From positions 31,620,001 through 31,684,000 of the forward strand of contig OX638151.1 of the NCBI GenBank assembly GCA_951804945.1: a stretch of DNA of 64,000 nucleotides, written 5' to 3'. This document shows, piece after piece, positions 11,743 to 23,659 of this stretch. The translations under genes were made by a program, and so were the position numbers. The number at the start of each line of letters is the position of its first letter. Position 1 is the first letter of the stretch. The notes below the pieces were generated by a model. That model made no database searches. It was not told the origin of the DNA and saw only the letters and a list, made by a program, of their open reading frames with translations. Source of the DNA: Podarcis cretensis. Its lineage: Eukaryota.

Positions 11743-12993
11743 TAAGTTCCTCCTTCTGTACAATATAGTATTACTAAGAAATGTGTGGGTTCTAGAGCAC
11801 ATGGTCACATTGGAAGTGTAAGAAATCTGAAAACCACGGAGAGATAATTTAAGCACAATGTTTTCTTTAGATGTTGCAGAACAAGTGGAAAACATCACAA
11901 TGATACATCTAATCTCGCATGCACAAAGTGGCCTTGGCAACACCTTTTGATGTAGCAACAAAACAGACCCCAACCCTTGCATGTGTTAGCAGTATTTCTA
12001 AAACAATGCTTTCATGAGGTATTTTGATAAGTTCCAGGCTAAGTCTCTCTTTCCAAGTTCTAACAGCCAATTTATCTTTATCTTTTGTGAGGCTTACTTT
12101 AACAGCAAATATGTAAGGTCTGCAATGTCTTGAGGAATAGCAAGCAAACTCACAGTTTCAGATTGAACTTGAATAAGTAAAGTGGATGATAGTTTTTTTT
12201 TCCTCCCAGCTTGTCTGGCTGACCTGAAGGGCTTTCATGTTGTATCCTCCCTGATACAACTGGACATGGGCCATGAAAAATAAAGAGATGGCATTCCAGT
12301 GCTTCCTTTTATTTATTAGGTTGTTCATTTTTTCCTGAGCTTGCATGTGTGAGTGTTTTTATCTGGAAACAATCAAATGTGAATTATCCTGTTTTTATGG
12401 AATGCTAGGTCATTATTGTTCTGAAATTGTTTGACAAAATTAAGGCCATATTAAATCTTTTATAACGATCGGGAGAATTCCTAAATCCTGCTCTTTTTTG
12501 CCTCTGCTATAAAAGGATTGCACATAATCAGCCAAAGCAATTTCAATATGACTCAAAACCAGAATGTTTGGATGTCTGAAATGTGCCTGGCTTTCAAAAA
12601 GCTTAAGCACATGTGTAAGTGACTTAGTAAGACTAATCCTCTGATAATATTGGGAAAGTACATAAGTGTATCCAGGATTGGTCCTTTGTTATGCATTCCA
12701 AGTAGGAAATTTGACTAGTGAGTCCAGATGTACATTAGGCACAACTTAATTCTGAAGCTTTGCAGGCCTAACTAATGAGTATCCTGGCCCTTTGAATAGC
12801 AGTGCCACAAAGACCCCCTCACCTCAGTAGGTGTGCCAACACAAATTAAGGAGCCTATCCCTCCTGTATTTCTATAAATATATATATTCTGATTTCTGGG
12901 AGTGATGGAAGGAGTCTACATATCAGTATATTCTCCGAAAGCATTGACCAGTTAGGAAAAGGTAACAGTGGGGTTTTTTTTGGGGGGGGGGGT

Positions 12994-13536
12994 TGTTACA
13001 GGTTTGTTGCTCTTGTGGGATATAGTATGTACATACCCTCTTTGTCACATCATGTTACAGTTGTTAAACTTGTCCAAGGAACTCTCTCAGATTTTTGGAG
13101 ATTCATTCCCCGTGTCTGCAGTCATGGGATTGTTGCCTATCACATGACTGTGTATGTTTTGACTCCACAGAGTGGGAAGTGAGGGAGACCGTATGTTTGT
13201 GTTACTGTGTTCTGTGAAGTGGGACTATTGTCCTCTGTTCTTTCTCTTAGCTCCTTCCTCTTTCTCATCAGACAGCAAAGTCAGAATGCTCCGAGTGCTT
13301 TATATGTAAATAAACGTAGATTAGCCAAATGCTGAGCTACTGAGTTCTGTTACACCGACTGCGCAAACTCTGCGGATCCCTAAGTGTGCTGATGTCTGTT
13401 GGCATCAGTCGCTGTGATGTTCGGGCAGAAGAAAGCTTTTGAAGCTCCCAAACGATTGACCAGGAGGGGAGAGAACATGCCAGTTGGGCATGTGTCTCTG
13501 CCAGGGTCCTACTCGAGAGTAGGATGGATCCTGACA
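12994..13536 (+). mobile_element. Possible solo LTR
   Basis: TGTTACAG...CCTGACA termini and internal AATAAA near 13309; no clear TSD and left end uncertain. Confidence 0.35.
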
Positions 13537-14445
13537 GATATCTTCCAACATTCCCATTGCAAAAAGATAGCATGGGAACTAGTTCAAAAGACTAGTCTGA
13601 AAAGGTCTTTACCTGCGTATTGAAGCCTTGCCACAGTTTGTGCCAGTTAACTTCTAAATATGTCTAGGAAAATGACTTTCCTGCGGTCATCAGCAACTTT
13701 AATAGATGTGTGATAACCCTAGAAACATTGTGAAACGGCAGCCGTGTCAAGTGATTGAGAAATTCAAGTACCACATAAACGCTTAACCAAGCCACTTACC
13801 TGCCTGCCTGCATTGTTGCCTTTTCTTGATCTGGTGAAGAAAGGATTCATAGTCCTGACTGAAAACCAAGGAAAGAAGCAAAATTTAATTATAGTTTTGT
13901 CCACACAAGTCAGCCTGTTTTATATCAGATGATTTTTCTGTTCTTGGCTGTAGTTAAAGATACACTCAAGACTTCCAGGTGACCAGTTTTAACCAATTTG
14001 CACTCACATTTGTATAAATGTAGCTACAGCAGTGTGCTCAATTGAGAATTCCCGGTGCCTGTATTTTCCTTTGCCTTCAGTATACAGAGAAAAAATATTT
14101 CTGACGGAGTATATTGACTTTTTTGGTATGTGTTCAGATGAATCTACAGTCTCCAAAGTATGTTACCTTTAAAATGACATCTCATTTGCTATCTGATTGC
14201 TTAGTATAAATTGCTCTTGCTAAATGTGCATAAGGGAAGGACAGAGCTCAAAAGTGTGTGCAATTAGTGATCATAAAGAATTGGTTCCAAATCACTCAAA
14301 TGCTTCTTGAGAAATACCACAGTTGGAACTAATATTTTTAGAGATGGTAAGAAGATTTTTTTGTGGGCAACGAAAATGTTAAAATGGTGTTTGAGCTTTG
14401 CACTTCTGCTTCTTATTATAATTCTTTCTGTCTTTCTTTATGCAG

Positions 14446-17355
14446 ATACGATCCCATGCTCAGTTTGGTGATCTCTGCCAGAGGACCACTGCTGCTTCGT
14501 GCTGCCCCAGCTGGACGCTAGGCAATTACATTGCCATTTTAAACAACAGATCATCCTGTCAAAAGCTTGTGGAGAAAGATGTTTCTCACACTCTGAAGCA
14601 GCTCCGTACATGTGCCAAATACTACTATAATGGGACCCTGGGACCAGATTGCTGGGATATGGCAGCCAGAAGGAAGGACCAACTCAAGTGTACAAATGTG
14701 CCTCGTAAATGTACAAAGTACAATGCTGTTTACCAGATTCTCCACTACCTAGTAGACAAAGATTTTCTAAGCCCAAAGACTACAGACTATGTCTTACCAG
14801 CTTTAAAGTACAGCATGCTCTTTTCACCTACTGAAAAAGGGGAGAGCATGATGAATATCTATCTGGATAACTTTGAGAACTGGAACTCTTCAGATGGAAT
14901 AACCACCATCACAGGGATTGAGTTTGGAATAAAGCATAGTTTGTTCCAAGATTATCTTTTAATGGATACTGTGTATCCTGCTATAGCCATTGTGATTGTT
15001 CTCTTAGTCATGTGCATATATACTAAGTCCATGTTTATCACACTGATGACTATGTTTGCAATAATTAGCTCTTTGATCGTTTCTTATTTTCTTTATCGGG
15101 TAGTATTTAATTTTGAATTTTTCCCCTTTATGAACCTCACTGCACTGATTATTCTCGTCGGTATTGGGGCAGATGATGCTTTCGTATTGTGTGATGTATG
15201 GAACTACACAAAATTTGACAAGTCTCAAGCTGCCACTTCGGAGACGGTGAGCATCACCCTGCAGCATGCTGCCCTTTCCATGTTTGTCACCAGTTTTACC
15301 ACCGCCGCTGCCTTCTATGCCAATTATGTCAGCAATATTACAGCAATCAGATGTTTTGGTGTTTATGCTGGCACCGCCATATTGGTGAACTATGTATTAA
15401 TGGTAACGTGGTTACCTGCAGTCGTCGTGCTACACGAACGGTATCTACTCAATATATTTAGTTGCTTCAGAAAGCCTCAGGCAAGTGTGTACAATAACAA
15501 AAGCTGCTGGACAGTGTTGTGCCAAATGTTCCGCAAGGTTGCTTTCGCAGCCTCGGAAGCATCCCGGATATTTTTTGAGAAAGTGTTGCCACACGTAGTT
15601 ATCAGGTTTCGCTACATCTGGTTGGTCTGGTTCCTGGCCTTAACTGTTGGGGGAGCATATATCGTCTGTGTGAATCCAAAGATGAAGCTGCCATCCCTGG
15701 AACTCTCCGAGTTTCAAGTGTTCAGGTCTTCCCATCCTTTTGAACGCTATGACGCCGAGTACAAAAAGCTGTTCATGTTTGAACGTGTCCATCACGGAGA
15801 GGAGCTTCATATGCCAATCACTATTATCTGGGGGGTCTCTCCTGAGGATAACGGGGACCCCCTAAATCCCAAAAGCAAAGGGAAGCTGAAACTGGATAGC
15901 ACTTTCAATATTGCAAGCCCAGATTCACAGCTCTGGATTCTGAAGTTTTGCCAGAGGCTGAGAAATCAGACCTTTTTCTACCAAACGGAAGAGCAGGACT
16001 TCACAAGCTGCTTCATTGAGACGTTTAAGCAGTGGATGGAAAATCAGGACTGCGACGAGCCGGCTCTCTATCCGTGCTGCAGTCACTGGAGCTTCCCCTA
16101 TAAACAGGAGGTTTTTGAGTTATGCATCAAGAGGGCTATCATGGAACTTGAAAGAAGCACAGGGTACCATTTAGACAGCAAAACCCCGGGGCCTCGCTTT
16201 GACATCAACGATACCATCAGAGCAGTAGTACTGGAGTTCCAGAGCACCTACCTCTTCACCTTGGCTTACGAGAAGATGCATCAGTTCTACAAAGAGGTAG
16301 ATACCTGGATTGCGGATGAGCTGAGCACTGCCCCTGAGGGTCTAAGCAGTGGTTGGTTTGTGAGCAATCTAGAGTTCTATGATCTCCAGGACAGTCTCTC
16401 TGATGGCACTTTGATTGCCATGGGTCTTTCAGTGGCTGTTGCGTTCAGCGTAATGCTGCTCACAACATGGAATATCATACTGAGCCTTTATGCAATAGTT
16501 TCGATAGCAGGAACCATTTTTGTCACAGTTGGATCATTGGTCCTTCTTGGCTGGGAGCTAAATGTTTTGGAGTCTGTCACCATTTCTGTTGCTGTCGGCT
16601 TATCGGTAGACTTCGCGGTCCATTATGGCGTTGCTTATCGTCTAGCTCCCGATCCTGACCGAGAAGGGAAAGTAGTCTTCTCCCTCAGCCGCATGGGTTC
16701 GGCAATTGCTATGGCTGCGCTGACCACATTTGTAGCCGGCGCCATGATGATGCCTTCCACCGTTCTGGCATATACTCAGCTCGGTACATTCATGATGCTT
16801 ATAATGTGCATTAGTTGGGGCTTTGCGACCTTCTTCTTCCAGTGCATGTGCCGTTGCCTTGGGCCCCAAGGCACTTTTGGTCAGATTCCTCTGCCGAAAA
16901 GGCTGCAGTGCAGCGCCTTTCCCCAGGCGTTGTCGGGGAACAAAGGAGATGGGGAACAAAACAAAGCTCAGCCTGTCAGTAAGTATCAGTTGGACTCTAG
17001 AGGTCAAACAACGGGCATGGAACATGAGCATTACGAATTAGAGCCTTTGGCATGCCATGCCAACAACTGCAGCGCATTAGAGAAGAGAACCTATGAAGAA
17101 ACGCACATGTGCGGGGAGTTCTTAGATGGCAGGCTTGCAAATGAGCACGTCCTTCCCCAGTCAGCGTATAACAGCGACCTGAACGTAAGCAGCAAAAATG
17201 AATTCAGGATAGGCATGTTGTCTTCCGGTGAGCAGGACACCACTTGCCAGCTCTTATGTCAAAACCAGCAGTGTAGTTGCTCAGTTGATTATAAGCATGT
17301 GAGCATGAAATGGAGCCCCCATTCATGTCAGCAGTTAAAATTTGGGGTCAAATGA
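14446..17355 (+). CDS. DISP1: DISP1 large terminal coding exon (rest of ECD1, sterol-sensing domain, ECD2, TM8-12, shortened C-tail)
   Basis: Long pyrimidine tract + atgcag acceptor (AG 14444-14445); 969 codons [11 protein letters not shown]...LKFGVK*; RND motifs GIGADD (15160-15177) and GLSVD (16597-16611). Confidence 0.97.
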   Translation: MRSHAQFGDLCQRTTAASCCPSWTLGNYIAILNNRSSCQKLVEKDVSHTLKQLRTCAKYYYNGTLGPDCWDMAARRKDQLKCTNVPRKCTKYNAVYQILHYLVDKDFLSPKTTDYVLPALKYSMLFSPTEKGESMMNIYLDNFENWNSSDGITTITGIEFGIKHSLFQDYLLMDTVYPAIAIVIVLLVMCIYTKSMFITLMTMFAIISSLIVSYFLYRVVFNFEFFPFMNLTALIILVGIGADDAFVLCDVWNYTKFDKSQAATSETVSITLQHAALSMFVTSFTTAAAFYANYVSNITAIRCFGVYAGTAILVNYVLMVTWLPAVVVLHERYLLNIFSCFRKPQASVYNNKSCWTVLCQMFRKVAFAASEASRIFFEKVLPHVVIRFRYIWLVWFLALTVGGAYIVCVNPKMKLPSLELSEFQVFRSSHPFERYDAEYKKLFMFERVHHGEELHMPITIIWGVSPEDNGDPLNPKSKGKLKLDSTFNIASPDSQLWILKFCQRLRNQTFFYQTEEQDFTSCFIETFKQWMENQDCDEPALYPCCSHWSFPYKQEVFELCIKRAIMELERSTGYHLDSKTPGPRFDINDTIRAVVLEFQSTYLFTLAYEKMHQFYKEVDTWIADELSTAPEGLSSGWFVSNLEFYDLQDSLSDGTLIAMGLSVAVAFSVMLLTTWNIILSLYAIVSIAGTIFVTVGSLVLLGWELNVLESVTISVAVGLSVDFAVHYGVAYRLAPDPDREGKVVFSLSRMGSAIAMAALTTFVAGAMMMPSTVLAYTQLGTFMMLIMCISWGFATFFFQCMCRCLGPQGTFGQIPLPKRLQCSAFPQALSGNKGDGEQNKAQPVSKYQLDSRGQTTGMEHEHYELEPLACHANNCSALEKRTYEETHMCGEFLDGRLANEHVLPQSAYNSDLNVSSKNEFRIGMLSSGEQDTTCQLLCQNQQCSCSVDYKHVSMKWSPHSCQQLKFGVK

Positions 17356-18039
17356 AACTTCATGCTACCTCTCTTCTCCTTTGTCCGGGAATGTGCATAG
17401 CCAGAGTTCTGTAGTTCGCGCAACTGCTTTGCATCATTCTTTCGATAGTTATGTGACTACCGCCCCAGCAAGTTCTGCACTGTAACTGTCTACAAAGCAG
17501 GTTAAAATTGCCCCTGAAATATTTTTTCTCCACTTACAGCAACTGTTTCAATCCCAAAGTCTTCCAAATGCCAAGAAGAACTTGAGAACTCCTCCAAAGG
17601 AAGCAAGTTCTTCTCCGTTTATCTTCAAGGGTGTTGGTACACTCTTGTTGTGAAATGGAGAAAAACGTACCTAATAATCGGAAGGGACTCTTGTGATAAC
17701 TGCAGAGACAAATGGGTTGTAAGAGTCACTGAAGTAAATGGGAACGAAAACAGAACGTCGAAATAAAAGCAAAATCCACAAATTGAAACTGAGTGCCTCC
17801 AGAACTTACAACAAACTGCTTCAGGTGTGAGGGCTAACCAGAATAAATGGAAATATACAGAAAACAGTACATCAACAAAGGCTTGGTTTTGAGTTGTGGC
17901 CTGAAAATTCCTGGTATTGTAATAATAAAGTGCAATTCTGTTGAGTGTCATATGCCAAACAGTGAAGCCCATGTGCCTGCTGTTGTTAGCACACCCAGAA
18001 CTTTCCCATGAAAGTTTGCTAATAAAAAAAACACTATAA
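17356..18039 (+). pseudogene. DISP1: Degenerate (frameshifted) remnant of the ancestral DISP1 C-terminal tail, now in the 3' UTR
   Basis: DISP1-like peptides in three frames: CYLSSP..VVRATALHHSFDSYV (17363 on), QQVLHCNCLQSRLK (17466 on), KCNSVECHMPNSEAHVPAV (17928 on), LAHPELSHESLLIKKTL* (17986-18039); compared with recalled human ...KCNSVDCQMPNMEANVPAVLTHSELSGESLLIKTL*. Confidence 0.88.
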
Positions 18040-18080
18040 TAAATCTTAAACTTGTTGGTTCTGTCTTTTTTGTGGGGGGA
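18021..18080 (+). terminator. Candidate DISP1 polyadenylation region
   Basis: AATAAA at 18021-18026 and 18038-18043 followed by a GT/T-rich stretch (cttgttggttctgtcttttttgt); a further AATAAA at 18273-18278. Confidence 0.6.
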
Positions 18081-19319
18081 TCTTTTCTCTTTTTAAAAGT
18101 AAGAATATTCCAACCTGCCCAAGCTGTCAAACACAAAGACATTAAAGTTAACACTCTCAAATTAAATGCTTCCTTAACTCATACAAATTAATTAGGTATT
18201 GTTCTCAAGAATATGAAGCCATGTTTAATTTAGGTCTTGGTGGAAAAAACAATGCATCCACACAAGTTGAAAAATAAAACATTACTAATCACCTTTTGGC
18301 AAGAGAAGATTAGTCATTGAGGTTATAATTATGCTGCTGAGGGGTTCTTGCAGTGTGGTCTGCATAAGTGATGGAGGCTCCGCCTTCCCCAGAGGAATAA
18401 AGTCGCAGCTGGCAGGGAAACAGGAAGGTCCCAAGCAGAGGAAAGAGACAGGCAAGGTACTTGAAATGAGCAGAGAATCAACATGTGGGAATGAAAGAAG
18501 CAGCAAGAAAAAGGAGGAGGAAGCAAGAGAATGCATTACAGGCGGAAAAAACATTTCCTGGTCTGCCAAGACTCTCCGCAATTTGCAAGTGGTGTGGGTG
18601 TAGGTGTGGAGTTTCTAAACCAATGTGCTGTATTATTCTGCCATTACTTACTATTCTCTTCTATTATCTATCTATTTACATTGGGTCAGCTAGAGACATC
18701 TCTTAAAGGATCAGGGAGGCTAATAAAACGACAAAATTCCCTGCACACAGATTATCTCATCTGCTTTTAACATTGTAAAAATAATCTGCTTCTACCATAT
18801 GTATCATGTTGCACGTTGACTTGGATCTAAAGAGATTACAGGTTTAAAATGGCACCAACACGCATTAGCTATTGGCATGATTTCATAAATGAGATCTGTT
18901 AAAATTTATTGCTTGTATAACATTCACAAAGAAGACTGAACCTAATCAGAAGCACAAATTGTACAGACTCTAAATGTTACCAATCTGTTTCACAACTCAC
19001 AGAATAGTACCATTGGGTAAATTAGTTCAAACAAATGCTTGAATTTTTATGTGTTTCTCACTTTACATTCCCCAAGAGTTCCAACCAAAAAAGCACTTTC
19101 CTCCTGCTCTTTTGGCATAAATGAATGTCATGGGCACCTATTTGAATAGCAATTAAATATAGCCCGCTCTTCATGAGTTACACTCCCTCTGAAGGAGCAG
19201 GTATGCAACTTGGGGATACTTCTGGACCCGTTGCTGTTGCTTGAGGCTCAGGTGTGACACAAAGTGCCTTTGATCAGCTTCAGCTCATGTTCCATCTACA
19301 CCCTATCTGGACACAGGTA

Positions 19320-19490
19320 TCCTAAGTTCTGTCGTCTATGCTCTGGTAACCTCTAGGTTAGTTTACTGCAACACATCATATATAGGGCTGCCTCTGAAGA
19401 CTGTTCAGAAACTTCAGCTGGTGCAGAATTCAGTGGCCACGTTGCTCTCTGTTGCTGGATGCTTTGAGCACATAGTACAAATCTATATTG
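19320..19490 (+). mobile_element. L2 LINE fragment
   Basis: Translates VVYALVTSRLVYCNTSYIGLPLKTVQKLQLVQNSVATLL, a typical L2 ORF2 block. Confidence 0.75.
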
Positions 19491-19783
19491 TGGCCAGTTA
19501 TTCCATAAAATCAAGATACCAAACATCATGGAGAAATTACCAGGTTGCAAATATCCTATACTCTTTTTTGGAGAATTCAGGAAGAATTCGTTGTTTGCTA
19601 CATTCCAGTCGTGTTATTTTCCCATGCAAAATTGGATCTAAATTCATGATTATCATTGCTCTCTTCTGGAGAACACAGCGCATGCATGCCCCCAATACTG
19701 CTTCATCACCAGCACAATGACAGTCCATATCTGTTTTCCCATAGTTTTCTACAGGGAAAGGAAGACAAGGAGTAGTCTTCCTG

Positions 19784-20083
19784 CATAGAGGAGGGAGAAA
19801 GGTTGTTTTCTGCTGCTCCAGAGAAGCGGACACGGAGCAATGGATCCAAACTACAAGAAAGAAGATTCCACCTAAACATTAGGAAGAACTTCCTGACAGT
19901 AAGAGCTGTTTGACAGTGGAATTTGCTGCCAAGGAGTGTGGTGGAGTCTCCTTCTTTGGAGGTCTTTAAGCAGAGGCTTGACAACCATATGTCAGGAGTG
20001 CTCTGATGGTGTTTCCTGCTTGGCAGGGGGTTGGACTCGATGGCCCTTGTGGTCTCTTCCAACTCTATGATTCTATGATTCTA
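19784..20083 (+). mobile_element. CR1 LINE 3' end
   Basis: TRSNGSKLQERRFHLNIRKNFLTVRAV-type C-terminus and (ATTCTATG)n tail. Confidence 0.9.
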
Positions 20084-20676
20084 GGATGTTCGTCCCACTT
20101 GGCTACATCCCAAACAGGATAAGTGCTGCTACTTCTTTTTCACCTTCCTCCTGCCCACGCCCACCCACAGGCCATCTGACTATTTTATGTGGTTGAACTG
20201 GCATCGATCTACACACAGGAGGAGGTATTGGAAGGCTCTGGGAAACCAAGATTTGTAGAAAAATAAATGATATTGTGTGAGGAGCCTAGGTGGGGTACCC
20301 TCCACCCAAAAGATATATCAATAAGGAGAACATACTCACTGGAATGGAGTATCCTGGAAAGGGATGTGGTCCACTGGCAGGCACCCTGAACAGGAGCACA
20401 CCACGCAACAGCATTTAAAGAGTACTACCAATATATTGAACTGTGCCTGAAATAGAAAGCCATTACAGTTGTTAAAGTGTTGCCGTAAATACAACTCTCC
20501 TGTTATACAGATTGCTTCCAGTATGTCAGCAAGGTAGAAAGGCACAATTGGAAACTAAATCCTGTCACTTGTTTGAGATCCTTATCACCCATAGCCACCC
20601 TAAAAGAATAATAATTATGACTTGCCTGTTGTTGCTTGCTTTAATGCCAAGGGAGTCTTTATTTAGAAGGTTTAAA

Positions 20677-21430
20677 TAATAATAATAATAAATTTTATTT
20701 ATACCCTGCCCTCCCCAGCCAAGACCGGGCTCAGGGCAGCTAACACCAGGTATAAAAACAATTGATTGAAATACAACTTAAAACCACAATTAAAATACAA
20801 CATTAAAATGCAGCCTCATTTCAGTAGGAACTCAAATCAAAAACTTTTTACTCTCTTGGGATGTAATTCTGAAAGCGCTAAAATACAACAGTAAATCAGG
20901 GCCAAATCAAAGCCACAAGCGTTGACACAAATAAAAACAAATGCTAAAACATGGAGAGGCTGCCTAAATAACATTTTTAGCCACCTGTTTAAAAAAGGGC
21001 AGGCTCATGGTTCCAGAATCTTAGAGCCAGTCCTGAAAAAGATGGTTCAGCAGCGTTCTCCAGCCTGAGACCAGTGAAAGGTTCTCCGAGTGAGAAGGCA
21101 TCCCTGGTCCAGACCACGAAGGTCTTTAAAGGTGAGCATCACCACAGCCCAGAAACAAATCAGCAACAAGTGAAGTCTGTGCACATCGTTCCTTTGGCTC
21201 ACATTAAAAAAAACTTTTTGCCACTGCATTCTGAACTAACTGCAATTTATATGAATGCTGCCTTCTAGGGCAGCCCCCTATAGAGCACATTAGTGCAATT
21301 AAACAATTACCTGGACATGTGTCACAGTGTTCAAGAACAACTTTCTCTTAACTGAACATGTTGCATTAAATTCAACATGGCGGTAAACCAGTTATCTCCA
21401 GTCTTTCACTGGACTTAACCATCCAGGGGT
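20677..21430 (-). mobile_element. L2 LINE remnants (3' end plus older ORF2 fragment)
   Basis: (TAA)n-associated end, ttatttataccctgccc 3' motif, reverse-strand LQLVQNAVA block near 21220-21290. Confidence 0.6.
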
Positions 21431-21484
21431 CCTTTATCTTTTATCTATCTTTGAAGTACAAAAAGTGTTTTTCAGCCTTGGGTC

Positions 21485-21487
<3 letters not shown>

Positions 21488-21532
<45 letters not shown>
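21488..21532. repeat. Compound (GT)n(GA)n microsatellite
   Basis: Directly visible. Confidence 0.95.
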
Positions 21533-23297
21533 CAGGTACTTTAAGAATTCTAGTGTGAAAATCTCGTAATTTTGCTCACCTCTTTAAGCAGAACTGAGCA
21601 CTGAGTGGGTCTTATATGACTCAAATACAGGGATCTCTGTTGGCCGGCATCTGTAATCACTAACTTCCGTAGTGAAGTGACTGACAATCGTTTTCTGCAA
21701 AGGAAAAGGCAAGTCACACATTGCTGGTTCATATCTCACTAGTGTTTATTTTTGTTCTTTTAAAGACTAGCCCCAAGCAATGTAAGGGAAGAGTTTAGAA
21801 GAGTAGCTGTGTTAGGGCGAAATTACATGTGTTATTAGTCATGTGTTTAAACAAGTGTGCTTAACCTTTCAGAGAAAAAGCAACCTCAGGGCCCCAATCC
21901 ACGACTGATCTCACACTGTTATTGTTTTTCACTGAAAAGTGCTTACGTCTTACCTTTTCATTTAGTTTCTGTCTACTCCAAAAAAAAGTAAGGCAAGCAA
22001 TGCCACATTTTATTAATTTATTTTGGAACAGAAAGAAATTGAATATGCAGCCAGCTTATTCATGGACATAACCATGCCTGCTCTTCTCACCTTTGGAGTT
22101 CAGATTTCACTATTTTGCAGTATAAAACAGCCAAACCTTTGACAGACAAAACATTTTAGTAGTGAGCAGCCATACTGAGGAGAGCTGGTTTAAAAAGCGA
22201 TTGGGAAAAAAAAACCCTGAACAAAATTAAATGCTGATCAATTAAAATAAAAAACAACTGAACACTCTTACAACATAAATGCATGAGGAGAAGGTAGAGA
22301 AGAGAATGGAGAACACTATTTACTACCTATAATCAAAATGGTTTAAAAAGTTTAATTTTATTATCTTTTTATATCCATTTAAACACATTCAGGATTGAAA
22401 TCAGAACAGAAAAGCGTAGTAGCAGCCAAAATCCATCTCAAGTGTTTCCATTTGAGCTAGTACTGCAGAGAGCACTAACATGGGGGCTCTCCAGTCCCAG
22501 ACCAATCTTTGATCAGAATAGAAAGTGAAGTGGGACTCAGTGTGAGCTAAAAGCAACAACAAAATGACAAAGGAATTAGGATTTTTGTTCTGCTCAGAGG
22601 AGAACCCAGGACAGTTAAGTCTGGTGACAGGATCTAGGATGAAGTTCACGGTACTTGATAAAGGGGGGGGGGGATTTACACTTGTTTCTTAGTACCAGCT
22701 ACTAAGCACCTTTGATGAAATATTCAGCATATCCCAGTGGTTTAATACACCACCTTGTCCTAGAATATTTAGTTTATGGACATCAAACTACAGAAAACGG
22801 TCAGTTGCACTCCCGTTATTAAACACTTCATTACCCTGTCACAGCTGAAATAAAAGCATTCTAAATTTAGTTCTGTGATTCTTTGTAGAACTTAAAATAA
22901 AACAAAGGGGGATGTAGCCAAATGTTTGTTTACTTTCTTCTCTTTCCAGTATCCTCCATCCCCAGTCCAGTTCTGAACTCATCGCGGGACATCTGGCATA
23001 GACTCTAACTTGCACTTGATTAAATTAGAATGAGGATGTTCCCTTGAAAATACATTTGGAGCACATTGCTTTCTGCCAGATGGAAATGGAGCAGTCAGTC
23101 CAAGAAAAATCTGTGTGAAATTCAACAGGACCATGGCTTTAATATTTGGATAGGGAGAAGGGATTTATCTAGTTACAGAGAGCTGATTAAAGATGGAACA
23201 ATGATTTAATTTTCGGTGGTCAAGGAAGCAGTACAAAATGTTAAAATACACTGATATAAGTCTGAAATATAATATTCACATTTATAATGGAGAATGT

Positions 23298-23659
23298 AGG
23301 GACACAGGTGGCGCTGTGGGTAAAACCTCAGTGCCTAGGACTTGCCGATCGTATGGTCGGCAGTTCGAATCCCCGCAGCGGGGTGAGCTCCTGTCGTTCA
23401 GTCCCAGCTCCTGCCCACCTAGCAGTTCGAAAGCACCTTTAAGTGCAAGTAGATAAATAGGTACCGCTTTCTAGCGGGAAGGTAAATGGCATTTCCGTGT
23501 GCTGCGCTGGCTCGCCAGCTGCAGCTTCGTCACGCTGGCCACGTGACCCGGAAGTGTCTTCGGACGGCGCCGGCTCACGGCCTCTAGAGCGAGATGAGCA
23601 CGCAACCCTAGAGTCAGACACGACTGGCCCGTACGGGCAGGGGTACCTTTACCTTTACC
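23298..23659 (+). mobile_element. Sauria (Squam1) SINE, full length
   Basis: A box tggcgctgtgg, B box gttcgaatcc, aagtgcaagtagataaataggtac core, (ACCTTT)n tail, 15-bp TSD TATAATGGAGAATGT (23283-23297/23660-23674). Confidence 0.93.

Noticed and set aside
14440-14445. ATG at 14440 as the start of a 971-aa protein
   Set aside because: ATGCAG is the end of the intron; upstream exons splice in frame to 14446.
14551-17041. Antisense and alternate-frame ORFs over the DISP1 exon (likewise over TLR5)
   Set aside because: Short shadow ORFs of real coding sequence with no independent signals.
17353-17400. Stop-codon readthrough or selenocysteine rescue of the DISP1 tail
   Set aside because: The same frame hits TAG at 17398-17400 and the homologous peptides lie in other frames.
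17356-18039. A single sequencing error as the cause of the truncation
   Set aside because: At least three frame changes plus deletions are needed and neighbouring long ORFs are clean; not fully excluded without reads.
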